DNA of 64,000 nucleotides from a virus. The translations under genes and the position numbers were made by a program. Positions within the stretch are counted from its first letter, which is position 1. Each line of letters opens with the position of its first letter. A model generated the notes under the pieces. The model made no database searches and was not told the DNA's origin. It saw nothing but the letters and a program-made list of their open reading frames with translations. The DNA lies in IMG/VR virus record IMGVR_UViG_3300036820_000013, positions 1-64,000 of that record, one strand, 5' to 3'. Of this stretch, positions 8,891-17,488 are shown in pieces.

Positions 8891-10087
8891 ATGTCCAAGT
8901 TCAAGAAGAGGGCTTTCAGTCTAGCGGCCGGAGCCCTGCTCGCTGGAGGCCTAGGCCTCGGTGCAGCTGCGGGAACGGCCCATGCCGCGACCGTAACAGC
9001 GTCGGCCACGACAACGCTGCATGCTAGGCCTGATTCGGGCTACGCCGGCAATAACTGGGCGAACGATTCGATGACGCGAGTTTCAACGGTGACGCTCGTC
9101 GGCGCGGATGCTACGCTGGCTGACTGTGGCGCGGACGCTACGTCCTGCTACAGCTACACCGGCACGATCGCCGACACAGGAACGGCCTATGCGATCACTG
9201 GCGAGACGTCGCCTGGAGCTCAGGGAGTGCCGATTCAGGGCACCCCCACCGCGGCGATCACCGGCAACGCGACCGTGACGTTCGATGCCTCGTCTGACGC
9301 TCCCAACGGAGCCCTCGTAGTCACCTCCCTAACCGGGGCGGGCAGTACTGAGCAGTCGACCGGCAATTGGGTTGAGCAGTTCTTCCCAGTTGGCACAACA
9401 TTCGGCAGCGGCCCGCAGTTGCTGCCTACCTGGGCGTGGTCCTACGCAGACACCAAGGATTGCCAGAACTGGGTCGACGCTAAGAACGTCAGCCCGGCCG
9501 ATAGCGGCGACATCACCGGTGTGGACAGCTGTGTTACGACGGTAGCTCCGCTCGGCAACCAGACAGTGACCATCGGGACGCCTGCATCGGTTCAGGTGTT
9601 CGGTGCCACGACCAGCAGCGACACGGCGCTGACCTACACGGCCAGCGGGTTGCCGGCAGGTCTGAGTATCGATGCAACCACCGGCCTGATCAGCGGTACG
9701 CCTACGGCTAGCGCAGTCGGCGGCACTGTGAATGTTACGGTAGCTGACTTCGGCGGCCTCAAGGCAAGTACAGCCTTCGGTGTCACGGTTAACCAGCCGG
9801 CGCCTCCCCCGCCGCCGCCGCCCGCTAAGAACGTCCTGTCTGATGGACATGTCGTCTCTGGGACGCTCCTACCGACTAGGGCCACGGTCGCCTGGGACCA
9901 AAGCATTCCGACGGCTGACACTCTGACCATCAACGGTCCGGGTGCGATCAATGGGCACGTCGGGCACGTTCCGGCCGGTACTACTCAAGGTGCCTACTCC
10001 GGCCTAGAGAGCGGTCACACCTACACGGTCACGATCGTGACGTCGGATGGGACCACAGGCCGCGTCACCTTTGTGACTACCAAGTAA
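8891..10087 (+). CDS. Secreted protein with putative Ig (He_PIG) and FN3-like domains
   Basis: Signal peptide ending AHA; LTYTASGLPAGLSIDATTGLISGTPT; poly-Pro linker; GLESGHTYTVTI. Confidence 0.8.
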   Translation: MSKFKKRAFSLAAGALLAGGLGLGAAAGTAHAATVTASATTTLHARPDSGYAGNNWANDSMTRVSTVTLVGADATLADCGADATSCYSYTGTIADTGTAYAITGETSPGAQGVPIQGTPTAAITGNATVTFDASSDAPNGALVVTSLTGAGSTEQSTGNWVEQFFPVGTTFGSGPQLLPTWAWSYADTKDCQNWVDAKNVSPADSGDITGVDSCVTTVAPLGNQTVTIGTPASVQVFGATTSSDTALTYTASGLPAGLSIDATTGLISGTPTASAVGGTVNVTVADFGGLKASTAFGVTVNQPAPPPPPPPAKNVLSDGHVVSGTLLPTRATVAWDQSIPTADTLTINGPGAINGHVGHVPAGTTQGAYSGLESGHTYTVTIVTSDGTTGRVTFVTTK

Positions 10088-10097
10088 GGAGAACCTC

Positions 10098-10203
10098 CCC
10101 TGAACGTCCTATCCAGGACGGGCAGCCCTGGCCTCACCTCAACGTGAAAGCGGGTTGTGCCCCCGCTCGGGCAGGTAACGGACTGGATAGGGCCTTGAGG
10201 GCA
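10098..10203 (+). repeat. Covarying RNA stem motif, copy 1
   Basis: CCCTGAACGTCCT-ATC-CAG ... CTG-GAT-AGGGCCTTGAGGGCA. Confidence 0.75.
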
Positions 10204-10229
10204 CGGAACCCTCTAAGAAAGGAATGAAC

Positions 10230-10400
10230 ATGTTGGGTCCACTGATTACCGCGCTTGAGAACCGTGCGAAGGCTCTTGAGGCGGAGGCTGTGAAGCTCGC
10301 TCAGGAAGGTGAGGCCGAAGCGGCCGCGCTCAAGACCGCGCTGGCCAACGAACTCAGGAACATCGTCGCCGAGATCGAGAGCGTCCTCGCGGACCTCTAG
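10230..10400 (+). CDS. 56-aa coiled-coil protein (not in ORF track)
   Basis: AAAGGA SD; MLGPLITALENRAKALE... Confidence 0.75.
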   Translation: MLGPLITALENRAKALEAEAVKLAQEGEAEAAALKTALANELRNIVAEIESVLADL

Positions 10401-10417
10401 CTCTGGAAGGGAGGAAC

Positions 10418-10549
10418 ATGAACACCGGCATATATGTAGGCGTAATCTCTAACCCGGAAGACGCCCGTCGGCCGCTGGATGTATATCTTACGGCCGGCGG
10501 CCGCACGATCATCTGGGATTCGGGTATGCGCTTCGGTTGGACCCGCTAG
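10418..10549 (+). CDS. 43-aa protein (not in ORF track)
   Basis: GGGAGG SD; MNTGIYVGV... Confidence 0.6.
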   Translation: MNTGIYVGVISNPEDARRPLDVYLTAGGRTIIWDSGMRFGWTR

Positions 10550-10555
10550 CCCCTA

Positions 10556-10641
10556 CCCTGAACGTCCTGCTCAGGACCAGGACGCCCTACCTTGTTCCGT
10601 CTCTTCTCGGTAGGATCATCCTGAGCAGGGCCTTGATGGCA
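10556..10641 (+). repeat. Covarying RNA stem motif, copy 2
   Basis: CCCTGAACGTCCT-GCT-CAG ... CTG-AGC-AGGGCCTTGATGGCA. Confidence 0.75.
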
Positions 10642-10664
10642 GGGCAAAATGAAAGGAACGTAGC

Positions 10665-10898
10665 ATGAGTCTAGAACCAAGCCTACCAATGCGTCCGACA
10701 GTCATCTGTCTCTGCGCCTGTTCTCTAGATCATCCGAACCAGCCTAACATCTGCGAACCGAAGAGCCCAGCAGTCGTGGCGGAGATGCCCATCACGAACA
10801 AGTTCAGTCACCGCTATCCGGTATGTGAGCCTTGCGCTCACGCTCTCGGGCTTCCAATTCTAATAGTGAGCGAGGAGGAGCATGGCCTACTTCCCTAA
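10665..10898 (+). CDS. Cys-rich hypothetical protein
   Basis: AAAGGA SD. Confidence 0.6.
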   Translation: MSLEPSLPMRPTVICLCACSLDHPNQPNICEPKSPAVVAEMPITNKFSHRYPVCEPCAHALGLPILIVSEEEHGLLP

Positions 10899-11190
10899 CA
10901 GCCTGCGCAAGATTCGGCTTGGCCGGCCGGCTACCTATCCATGGGACGAGTGGACGGATGGTAGGGAGCGCCTCCTCAGGGAGGGGCAGGAGTTCACATG
11001 TATGGCTGAGAGCTTCGTCCTATTGGCTCGCCGTACCGCTCGCGTCCGAGGCCTACACGTTGTCGCGTCGACAACAACGGTCCCAGCCAATGCCGGTCCT
11101 CTCATGATTCGGGTTGACAGCATGCCAACCTGGCTCCAGCCTGGCGGGACTTACGTTCTGCTCAAGTTCACACCCCAGGAGGAGGAATGA
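10882..11190 (+). CDS. Hypothetical protein, probably DNA-binding
   Basis: GRPATYPWDEW motif. Confidence 0.65.
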   Translation: MAYFPNSLRKIRLGRPATYPWDEWTDGRERLLREGQEFTCMAESFVLLARRTARVRGLHVVASTTTVPANAGPLMIRVDSMPTWLQPGGTYVLLKFTPQEEE

Positions 11191-11606
11191 CCCTCTCAGG
11201 AATGGAATCGAATACGGAAGTCGTTTTCCATATAGAGTGGCGAGTACTAAGCCTGCCCAACCGGCCGATAGCAGATTCCTTCCTCTGCTGGGCCAAAAGA
11301 GCACCGGCTGAAATAACTGTAGCCTTCCATGCGGCGGGCACTATCAGGCCTTGGACGTTTGCACGCGGTCTGCTGCTAGAGGGGCTTTGCGAAGGCGTAG
11401 CAGGCCAGGGCGACGTCCGCATCACCTCTGGGCTAGGCAATTTGGTCCTGTCGCTCAGTAGCCCATACGGCACTGCTAGGCTCCAAACAGGTACAGCCTT
11501 GGTCAAGCACTTCCTGGACTGCACCTACTCGATCGTTTCTCGTGAAGAGGAAACAATCGACATCGATGCAGTGCTAGTGCAGATCTTCGAGAAGGAGGGC
11601 ATGTGA
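11187..11606 (+). CDS. ssgA: SsgA-family sporulation/cell-division protein (SALP)
   Basis: WTFARGLLLEGL...GQGDVRI...LSSPYG...FLDCTY...IDIDAVL matches the SALP signature. Confidence 0.85.
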   Translation: MTLSGMESNTEVVFHIEWRVLSLPNRPIADSFLCWAKRAPAEITVAFHAAGTIRPWTFARGLLLEGLCEGVAGQGDVRITSGLGNLVLSLSSPYGTARLQTGTALVKHFLDCTYSIVSREEETIDIDAVLVQIFEKEGM

Positions 11607-11668
11607 TCTGGTTCGTTCTAGGCGGGGCCTGGCTAGTGATCTTCCTAGTTGCTCTGGCAGTCGGATGA
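11603..11668 (+). CDS. 21-aa hydrophobic micropeptide
   Basis: GAAGGAGG SD; overlaps ssgA stop and next start; MIWFVLGGAWLVIFLVALAVG. Confidence 0.55.
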   Translation: MIWFVLGGAWLVIFLVALAVG

Positions 11669-12084
11669 GCAACCTATTCAAGCGCCAGGCTGTCTTCGGT
11701 GCTGCTGACGGAGTCACTTCCGTTCTCGGCCTGCTAGTAACGCTAACTGGTCATCCCTCTGTCCTGTTCAAGGCCGCTCTTGGTGTTGGGCTAGCTGAGC
11801 TCGTCGGTATGACCGCAGGAGCTTGGCTCAGCGATGAAGATGACGAAGGGTTCCTGCCTGCATTGACCAATGGCGCTGCCTCATGTGCTGCAATCCTATT
11901 GCCTGCAGCCCCTTACCTCTTCCTACGTGGGACGTCCGCGATTGTTGCTGCGATCTTGCTCATCGGGTTCATCGCGGGCGTGATCTCTTGGCTTCGGCCA
12001 GAGAAAGGGTTCCTCGCGCTGGCCGAGACCTATGGAGTCCTACTCATAGCCGCTGCGATCTGCACTGCAGCCACGTTTATCTAG
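11665..12084 (+). CDS. VIT1/CCC1-family Fe/Mn transporter-like protein
   Basis: VFGAADGVTS and GMTAGAWLS motifs, about 5 TM segments. Confidence 0.8.
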   Translation: MSNLFKRQAVFGAADGVTSVLGLLVTLTGHPSVLFKAALGVGLAELVGMTAGAWLSDEDDEGFLPALTNGAASCAAILLPAAPYLFLRGTSAIVAAILLIGFIAGVISWLRPEKGFLALAETYGVLLIAAAICTAATFI

Positions 12085-12093
12085 GAGGGATGG

Positions 12094-12525
12094 ATGTCCA
12101 TCGAAATCGATCCTCATCGCGGCCGAGGAACGTGCAGCTACTACGACCGTGCCCGAGGACTGTGTGCACAGTATCGAGCGATGCGTTATGATCCAATTAA
12201 GGCCTGCTTTAATTGTCCACAATGGACCGATATGGACGCGCTATATGAGGACCTCACGGGGCACATAATCGAGCCGACCTACGCATGGTGGCACGACGAG
12301 TACGTCCATTCCGATAATCGTTATGCAGCCTCATATGCGCTAGACCGTATGAAGGGCTACGCTACAGCCCACACGGGAGAGGAACTGGTGACGCCTACTC
12401 CAGTAGCAGCTCCGGAGAAGCCGCATCGGCTACCATACTGGTGGGTTGCAGTTGTCCTCATGCTCGGAGCGGCCGCTATTGTATACGCGGCAGCCATCCA
12501 CCTCCTAATTGTCACGTGGCCTTAG
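12094..12525 (+). CDS. Hypothetical protein with C-terminal TM
   Basis: GGAGG SD. Confidence 0.7.
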   Translation: MSIEIDPHRGRGTCSYYDRARGLCAQYRAMRYDPIKACFNCPQWTDMDALYEDLTGHIIEPTYAWWHDEYVHSDNRYAASYALDRMKGYATAHTGEELVTPTPVAAPEKPHRLPYWWVAVVLMLGAAAIVYAAAIHLLIVTWP

Positions 12526-12542
12526 TCCAAGGAAAATTCCTG

Positions 12543-12597
12543 AAAAGATCTTCCCAGGCACGCTGGACCCTCGCTTGCGTATCGGGATATAATTAAG
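12543..12597 (+). promoter_or_regulatory. Promoter P4
   Basis: AGATCT 12546, CTGGA 12563, TATAAT 12588. Confidence 0.85.
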
Positions 12598-12669
12598 ACA
12601 TACAGCAAAGAGGGTAGGGATTGAGCCCAGGACGCCCTTCGAATAGACCCCAGATGAAAGGTAAACGCG

Positions 12670-13191
12670 ATGACGCGCAAGAACCAGTCAGCAGAAGAGA
12701 ACACGGAGGCAGCGGTGGAAGAGAAGACCACAGAAGCGGCGACCGAAGAGGCTGCGACGGAGGAAGAGAAGAAGGCGCCGAAGAAGCGCAAGCACGCTCT
12801 GCCTGAGGGCTGGATCACCCCTGTCGCGTTCCGGCACGCCCTGGTCGAGCGCGAGCTCGCCGGCGACAACCTCAGCTCCGCCCAGATCTACATCCTGTCC
12901 CGCAAGGCCGCCTCGAACGGCATGCCAGTCAAGCACTTCAACGCGGCCGGTGAGCAGTTCGACGACCTCCAGGTTCACCCTATCACTGGCGAGACGCTCA
13001 CGCGGCCCGGCCTCAAGCTCGATGAGGGGCTCGACTGGTGGCAGAACCGGCCGAAGCGTCAGCCTGGCCAGAAGAAGGAGAAGGCCGAGAAGGCAGAAGG
13101 CACTGCAGAGGCCGAGGCCGAGAACCTCGAGGACGCCGCCGCAGGAGAGAGCCTCGAGGACGAACTCGAGCAGTTTGTAGAGGCCGAGTAG
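12670..13191 (+). CDS. Acidic-tailed protein, paralog of 2600..3130
   Basis: Shared core and termini. Confidence 0.8.
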   Translation: MTRKNQSAEENTEAAVEEKTTEAATEEAATEEEKKAPKKRKHALPEGWITPVAFRHALVERELAGDNLSSAQIYILSRKAASNGMPVKHFNAAGEQFDDLQVHPITGETLTRPGLKLDEGLDWWQNRPKRQPGQKKEKAEKAEGTAEAEAENLEDAAAGESLEDELEQFVEAE

Positions 13192-13194
13192 GTC

Positions 13195-13625
13195 CTCCGA
13201 TGGTACGTCCGGTGAGGCAAGCTCACCTCCGAGCGTCCTTGAGCAAGACGCGAAGCTGGTCGGCTCCGTTGGGTACGACGGAGCCGGCCGGGCCGGCATC
13301 AGTTTGTTCAGGGGCGGGTGAGGATCGGACTAGCTCCGGTCTGGCGCCGAATAGGCATATAGGGCGGGTTCGAGGCCCGCGCCGCCCACGAAGCTGTATG
13401 TGGGTGCAGCCACAGACAGCCTGCGCTAGCCCGGTAGCGTGTATCCGCCTAAGCGGACAAGGGGCTCAGCCTCCCGGGACCTCAAACTCGGGCGCCCAGC
13501 AGCGTAAGGCGGAGCAGCTGGGCGCTCGTTCAAACCTGGGGCACCCGTTGTGGGCGGTTGATCGCGCCGCTACTACGGTTGCAGGTCCTGTCCCACTGCT
13601 GGGCGCAGCGGGTGTCCCAGGCCGA
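13195..13625 (+). ncRNA. Highly structured non-coding region (candidate ncRNA or ncRNAs)
   Basis: About 10 consecutive stems, including a 17-bp stem 13535-13551/13605-13621 with G-U pairs; no convincing CDS. Confidence 0.6.
13312..13388 (+). ncRNA. tRNA-like element lacking a D-arm
   Basis: GGGCGG/CCGCCC acceptor; T-arm GCGGG-TTCGAGG-CCCGC; central stem with loop ACTAGCT; variable-arm hairpin. Confidence 0.5.
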
Positions 13626-13654
13626 ATTGGGCCATTACTAATGGAGGGTTGACC

Positions 13655-14029
13655 ATGGCTGACATTGTCGATGCGAGGCTTTACGAGCAGTGCACGAAAG
13701 TCTATGACGCGATGATGAAGAACAGTCAGCCAACCGGAGACCTCTCTAGCCGAGCCTACAGAGGGTACACGACATACCTTCTCGAGCAGGCCGGCTACAG
13801 CTTGTCAAACTACACGCCTATCATGCGCAGGTTGCGGGCGATGGGCTGCATTACACAGCGGGTGCGCGGGGGCCGCGGTACGCCAAGCGAATGGCTACTG
13901 CACAAGCCTCCGACCCGAGCTGCGTTCGCTCGGGGCGGACAGCGTTGGGTAGCCCAGAACGAGCGCATCAACGATCTAGAGGAGCGGGTCTCCGCTCTGG
14001 AAGCCCAGATGGAAGAGCAGGCGAGTTAA
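13655..14029 (+). CDS. Winged-helix-like DNA-binding protein
   Basis: IMRRLRAMGCI...RGGRGTPSEW wing; coiled-coil tail. Confidence 0.65.
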   Translation: MADIVDARLYEQCTKVYDAMMKNSQPTGDLSSRAYRGYTTYLLEQAGYSLSNYTPIMRRLRAMGCITQRVRGGRGTPSEWLLHKPPTRAAFARGGQRWVAQNERINDLEERVSALEAQMEEQAS

Positions 14030-14394
14030 TGGACCTATCACCCAAGCCGATCTATCGCGTGCGGTTCGAGACAGTCTCAATCAGCGAGCTCCACAAGTAC
14101 TGCAACGCAGACCCGCGGTTCTACAAGAACGTCACGCAGCTTGTGCCTAACTCGCAGATACCTGACGAGGACTGGCATGAGGTCCTAGGGCACGAGACAG
14201 ACAACCCTTGGGACCAGTTCAACAATCTCATGACGTGGGTACTAGCAGACCGCGAGTTCGTACGTAAGGTAACGGTCGAGCTCCAGCCTGATCCAACCTG
14301 GCGTCCTCTCAGCGCAGAAGAGCTGGAAGAAGCAGCTAAACTAGCTGGAAAACCCGCGCTAAATCCCCCTATCCTCCAAGATCCTCAACTCTAG
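14029..14394 (+). CDS. Hypothetical protein
   Basis: TAATG coupling. Confidence 0.7.
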   Translation: MDLSPKPIYRVRFETVSISELHKYCNADPRFYKNVTQLVPNSQIPDEDWHEVLGHETDNPWDQFNNLMTWVLADREFVRKVTVELQPDPTWRPLSAEELEEAAKLAGKPALNPPILQDPQL

Positions 14395-14474
14395 CTGGAT
14401 AACAGCGAGAAGCGTAAAGATCAGGATCACGCGGTGATCGAACCAATGATAACCAACTACAAAAGAGAGCTGCC

Positions 14475-15038
14475 ATGCACGACCCGGAAGTAGTCGCGTT
14501 CGAGATCCCATGGCTATGGCCGCAGCGCTCTTCGTTCCCGAAAGGTGATAACGTTCGGTGGCGCATCCGCCTCCATCATGACCACTTCGAGGACGAGACC
14601 CATTCCGGCATGTGCGACGGATGCGATCAGCCCATGACTAGTAAGCGCAACCCGTTCCCCTGGTGGAGGCCGAGGAGCTACAGCAAGTTCTGGTGCATAG
14701 CGGGCCATGACTTTTACTGGCGGTCATTCATTACGGTCTGGCATGTGGAGCCGGGAGGACATGATGCCCTCTCGATCTGCCGGAGCCGCTACCAGGACAA
14801 GACAGGTAAGTGGCACCTCACGACCTCCTGGAAGTGGCACTTCTGGCACTATCACGTCCAGATCCCGCCTCTGCAGCACCTGCGCCGCTACCTGTTCACG
14901 CGCTGCGAGGTCTGCGGAGGCAAGTCGCGCAAGGGGCATATGGTCAACCGTTCGCACTCTTGGTACAACAAGAAGTCGCCTTGGTGGAAGGGTGAGACTG
15001 GGCTGAGCCATATGGACTGCGATAGAGCAGGCCTCTGA
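14475..15038 (+). CDS. His/Trp/Cys-rich hypothetical protein
   Basis: ORF. Confidence 0.7.
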   Translation: MHDPEVVAFEIPWLWPQRSSFPKGDNVRWRIRLHHDHFEDETHSGMCDGCDQPMTSKRNPFPWWRPRSYSKFWCIAGHDFYWRSFITVWHVEPGGHDALSICRSRYQDKTGKWHLTTSWKWHFWHYHVQIPPLQHLRRYLFTRCEVCGGKSRKGHMVNRSHSWYNKKSPWWKGETGLSHMDCDRAGL

Positions 15039-15298
15039 TGGATAGGTTCGATCCGAATATCGACCTATCGGTAGTCTGCAGCATGCCAACCGAGCCGTTC
15101 AATCTATACTACGCCTTCAATGTCTGGCCTGCGGCCTGTGCGCACTGTGGGATGGCGCCGACGGTTATGCGCCATGTCTGTGAGATGGCTGTAGTCGACT
15201 GGGTATGGGCTATTGACTATAGCAGGCGCTATACCATCGGTACGCTAGCCGGTATAGAGGTGCTGGTAGACCAGCTACGTGCGATACAGAAGATGTGA
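15038..15298 (+). CDS. Hypothetical protein
   Basis: TGATG coupling. Confidence 0.6.
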   Translation: MDRFDPNIDLSVVCSMPTEPFNLYYAFNVWPAACAHCGMAPTVMRHVCEMAVVDWVWAIDYSRRYTIGTLAGIEVLVDQLRAIQKM

Positions 15299-15303
15299 TA
15301 CAG

Positions 15304-15533
15304 TGATTGTGCGTAAGCGTCGAAACATCGAAGAAGGTTGTCTAGAAGCGGTGGCTACCTACCAAGAGATCTACATAGACAACCCGCTACCAGACACTAT
15401 AGTCGGGTACACCCTAGTCTTGGTATACGTTCTGCTGCACGGGCATCGAGTAGCCTACCCCTACTCCGCAGAGCTCTGTGAGCGGGCCGAGATTACGTTT
15501 GCGCGGCACCTAACCCCTAAGGAGGCGGCCTAG
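15304..15533 (+). CDS. Hypothetical protein (start approximate)
   Basis: ORF filling the gap before the helicase. Confidence 0.5.
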
Positions 15534-17029
15534 TGCCTCTATATCAGTTCCAGCAAGAGCTGGTCGATAAGCTCGGTAATCCAAACCTCCCAGGTCGTCT
15601 TATTGCGGACGAAATGGGCTGCGGTAAAACGTATGAAGGCATTGCTATTGAGAAGCGGCTCCGGGACGCTCATACCGGAGCTAAGCTCCGTACACTGATC
15701 GTTGCTCCTTGGTCCGTGCACATAATGTGGCAGAGGAAGCTCATTGAGTTGCTCGGTGTAGCGCCTCGCGACATTGTCGTCATCGATCGTAAGCACCGAG
15801 CGGCATTTCTCCGCTCGGCGCGCATTGGTCAAGCTAAGTATTACATTATCCATTACGAGGCCTTGCGTATCAAGGATATGGAGCCATTGCAGCGCATTCA
15901 ATGGTTCCATATTATCGCGGACGAGATCCATCGCGTCAAGTCACCTCATGCTCTGCAGACTAAGGCGTTCAAGCGCCTTAGGACGCAGTTCAAGACAGGC
16001 ATGTCCGGCTCGATGGCTGATGACAAGCCGCAAGATTTCTGGAGCCCATTGCACTGGGTCCGACCTGATTTGTTCCCAAACGTGTCCACGAAGGACCCTA
16101 CCAAGAAGTTCGTCCAGACCTACTGCGTAACTGAAGAGATTCAAGGCCGCGTACTAAAGGATGCTGACGGCGAGCCTAGGATCGATCCCGAGACAGGCGA
16201 AGAGCTGCATCAGATCCACCACAAGGTCGTCGGCATGAAGCAGGAACGACTAGCAGAGTTCCATCAGCTGATCGCGCCGTTCTATATGCGTCGGTTGAAG
16301 GAAGATGTTCTGGACCTTCCTCCCAAGTACTTCACGCCCATCAACGTTAAATTGCACCCTAGTCAGAAGAAGGTCTATGGCCAGCTCAAACGAGAGTTCA
16401 TGGCTTGGATTGGTGAGCATGAGGATGAGCAACTCTCAGTACCGACAGTCCTAGGCCGACTAGTACGTCTGCAACAAGCCGCGTTGGCATCCTTGATGTT
16501 CTACGACACAGGCAAGGTCGACCCTCGCACTAAAGAGCCAATCCTGAAAGTGAAGCTCCGCGAGCCGTCAGCCAAACTGGACGCCTTTATGGATTGGGCA
16601 GCAGACATCAAAGGACCCGTGGTAGTGTTCAGCCAAAGCCGCGGCATGATCGATCTAGCTGCGGCGCGGCTCGATGCGGCTGGAGCGCGCATCGGTGTCT
16701 ACACAGGTTCGACGCCTGACAAGATGCGGCAGCCGATTATCGACAACTTTCAGGCAGGCAAACTTGACTTCTTCCTGGGGACTATCAAGGCTGGCGGAGA
16801 AGGCATCACGCTGACAACCTCTAGCACCATGGCCTTCTTCGATAGGGCATGGGGGCCATTCAGGAACAAGCAAGCTGAAGACCGCGAGCATCGTGAGGGT
16901 CAGAAGAACGCTGTCCAGATCGTGGACTTCTTCGCTCCGGGCACGGTTGATGCAAAGGTACGCAATACAAACATCGTCAAATGGTCGCACCTGAAGGCGA
17001 TCTTGGGTGACAACAGAGAGGAAGCGTAG
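15533..17029 (+). CDS. SNF2-family (SF2) helicase
   Basis: IADEMGCGKT, DEIH, GGEGITL, QAEDREHREGQ. Confidence 0.92.
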   Translation: MPLYQFQQELVDKLGNPNLPGRLIADEMGCGKTYEGIAIEKRLRDAHTGAKLRTLIVAPWSVHIMWQRKLIELLGVAPRDIVVIDRKHRAAFLRSARIGQAKYYIIHYEALRIKDMEPLQRIQWFHIIADEIHRVKSPHALQTKAFKRLRTQFKTGMSGSMADDKPQDFWSPLHWVRPDLFPNVSTKDPTKKFVQTYCVTEEIQGRVLKDADGEPRIDPETGEELHQIHHKVVGMKQERLAEFHQLIAPFYMRRLKEDVLDLPPKYFTPINVKLHPSQKKVYGQLKREFMAWIGEHEDEQLSVPTVLGRLVRLQQAALASLMFYDTGKVDPRTKEPILKVKLREPSAKLDAFMDWAADIKGPVVVFSQSRGMIDLAAARLDAAGARIGVYTGSTPDKMRQPIIDNFQAGKLDFFLGTIKAGGEGITLTTSSTMAFFDRAWGPFRNKQAEDREHREGQKNAVQIVDFFAPGTVDAKVRNTNIVKWSHLKAILGDNREEA

Positions 17030-17433
17030 TGGAGCATCTCAGGGACCGAATTCTAGCTATGGTCGACAAAGAGTTGCCGAAGTACTCGCTGGGCCTAGAA
17101 GTACTAGGTGCGGATGTCGTCTGGGGGAACTGGCAGGTCGCCACACCTCAAGGCCAGGCTAACATCGCGTCGTTCGCAATCGTCACGGCAGTGCGAGCGG
17201 CAGGCTCGGGAGGCGAGGTTCTGCTCGGGAACATACCTCCGATCACTAATTCGCACGTCCTAAGCGGTCCTTGGCCTAGCGAGGCTGAGGTCCGAGCAGG
17301 CCTCACAGCCACCTGCGATGCCCTCCGCGCATTCATAACGCAACAGCGTGCGCCGCAGAACGGTCAGGGTATCCCGCGTGGCCCGATTGCGGACATCATG
17401 CGGCGGGGCATCAGGGACAACCCGCAAGCATAA
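17029..17433 (+). CDS. Hypothetical protein
   Basis: Coupled ORF. Confidence 0.7.
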   Translation: MEHLRDRILAMVDKELPKYSLGLEVLGADVVWGNWQVATPQGQANIASFAIVTAVRAAGSGGEVLLGNIPPITNSHVLSGPWPSEAEVRAGLTATCDALRAFITQQRAPQNGQGIPRGPIADIMRRGIRDNPQA

Positions 17434-17488
17434 AAATCTCATCGCGAGGGCCTCTGGAGTTCCCTTAAGGCCTCGTGATATAATTAAA
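17432..17488 (+). promoter_or_regulatory. Promoter P5
   Basis: AAATCT 17434, CTGGA 17454, TATAAT 17479. Confidence 0.8.

Noticed and set aside
10120-10175. Hammerhead-like junction (GAAA-GCGGG...CCCGC-UC)
   Set aside because: The core reads CUGGCCU instead of CUGANGA, and stem I is weak
13195-13625. tmRNA or canonical tRNA cluster
   Set aside because: The tRNA-like unit closes within 77 nt with no tag ORF; no complete cloverleaf was found
13038-13652. 204-aa ORF across the structured region
   Set aside because: Overlaps a real gene out of frame, lacks an SD, and has low-complexity composition; probably a shadow ORF
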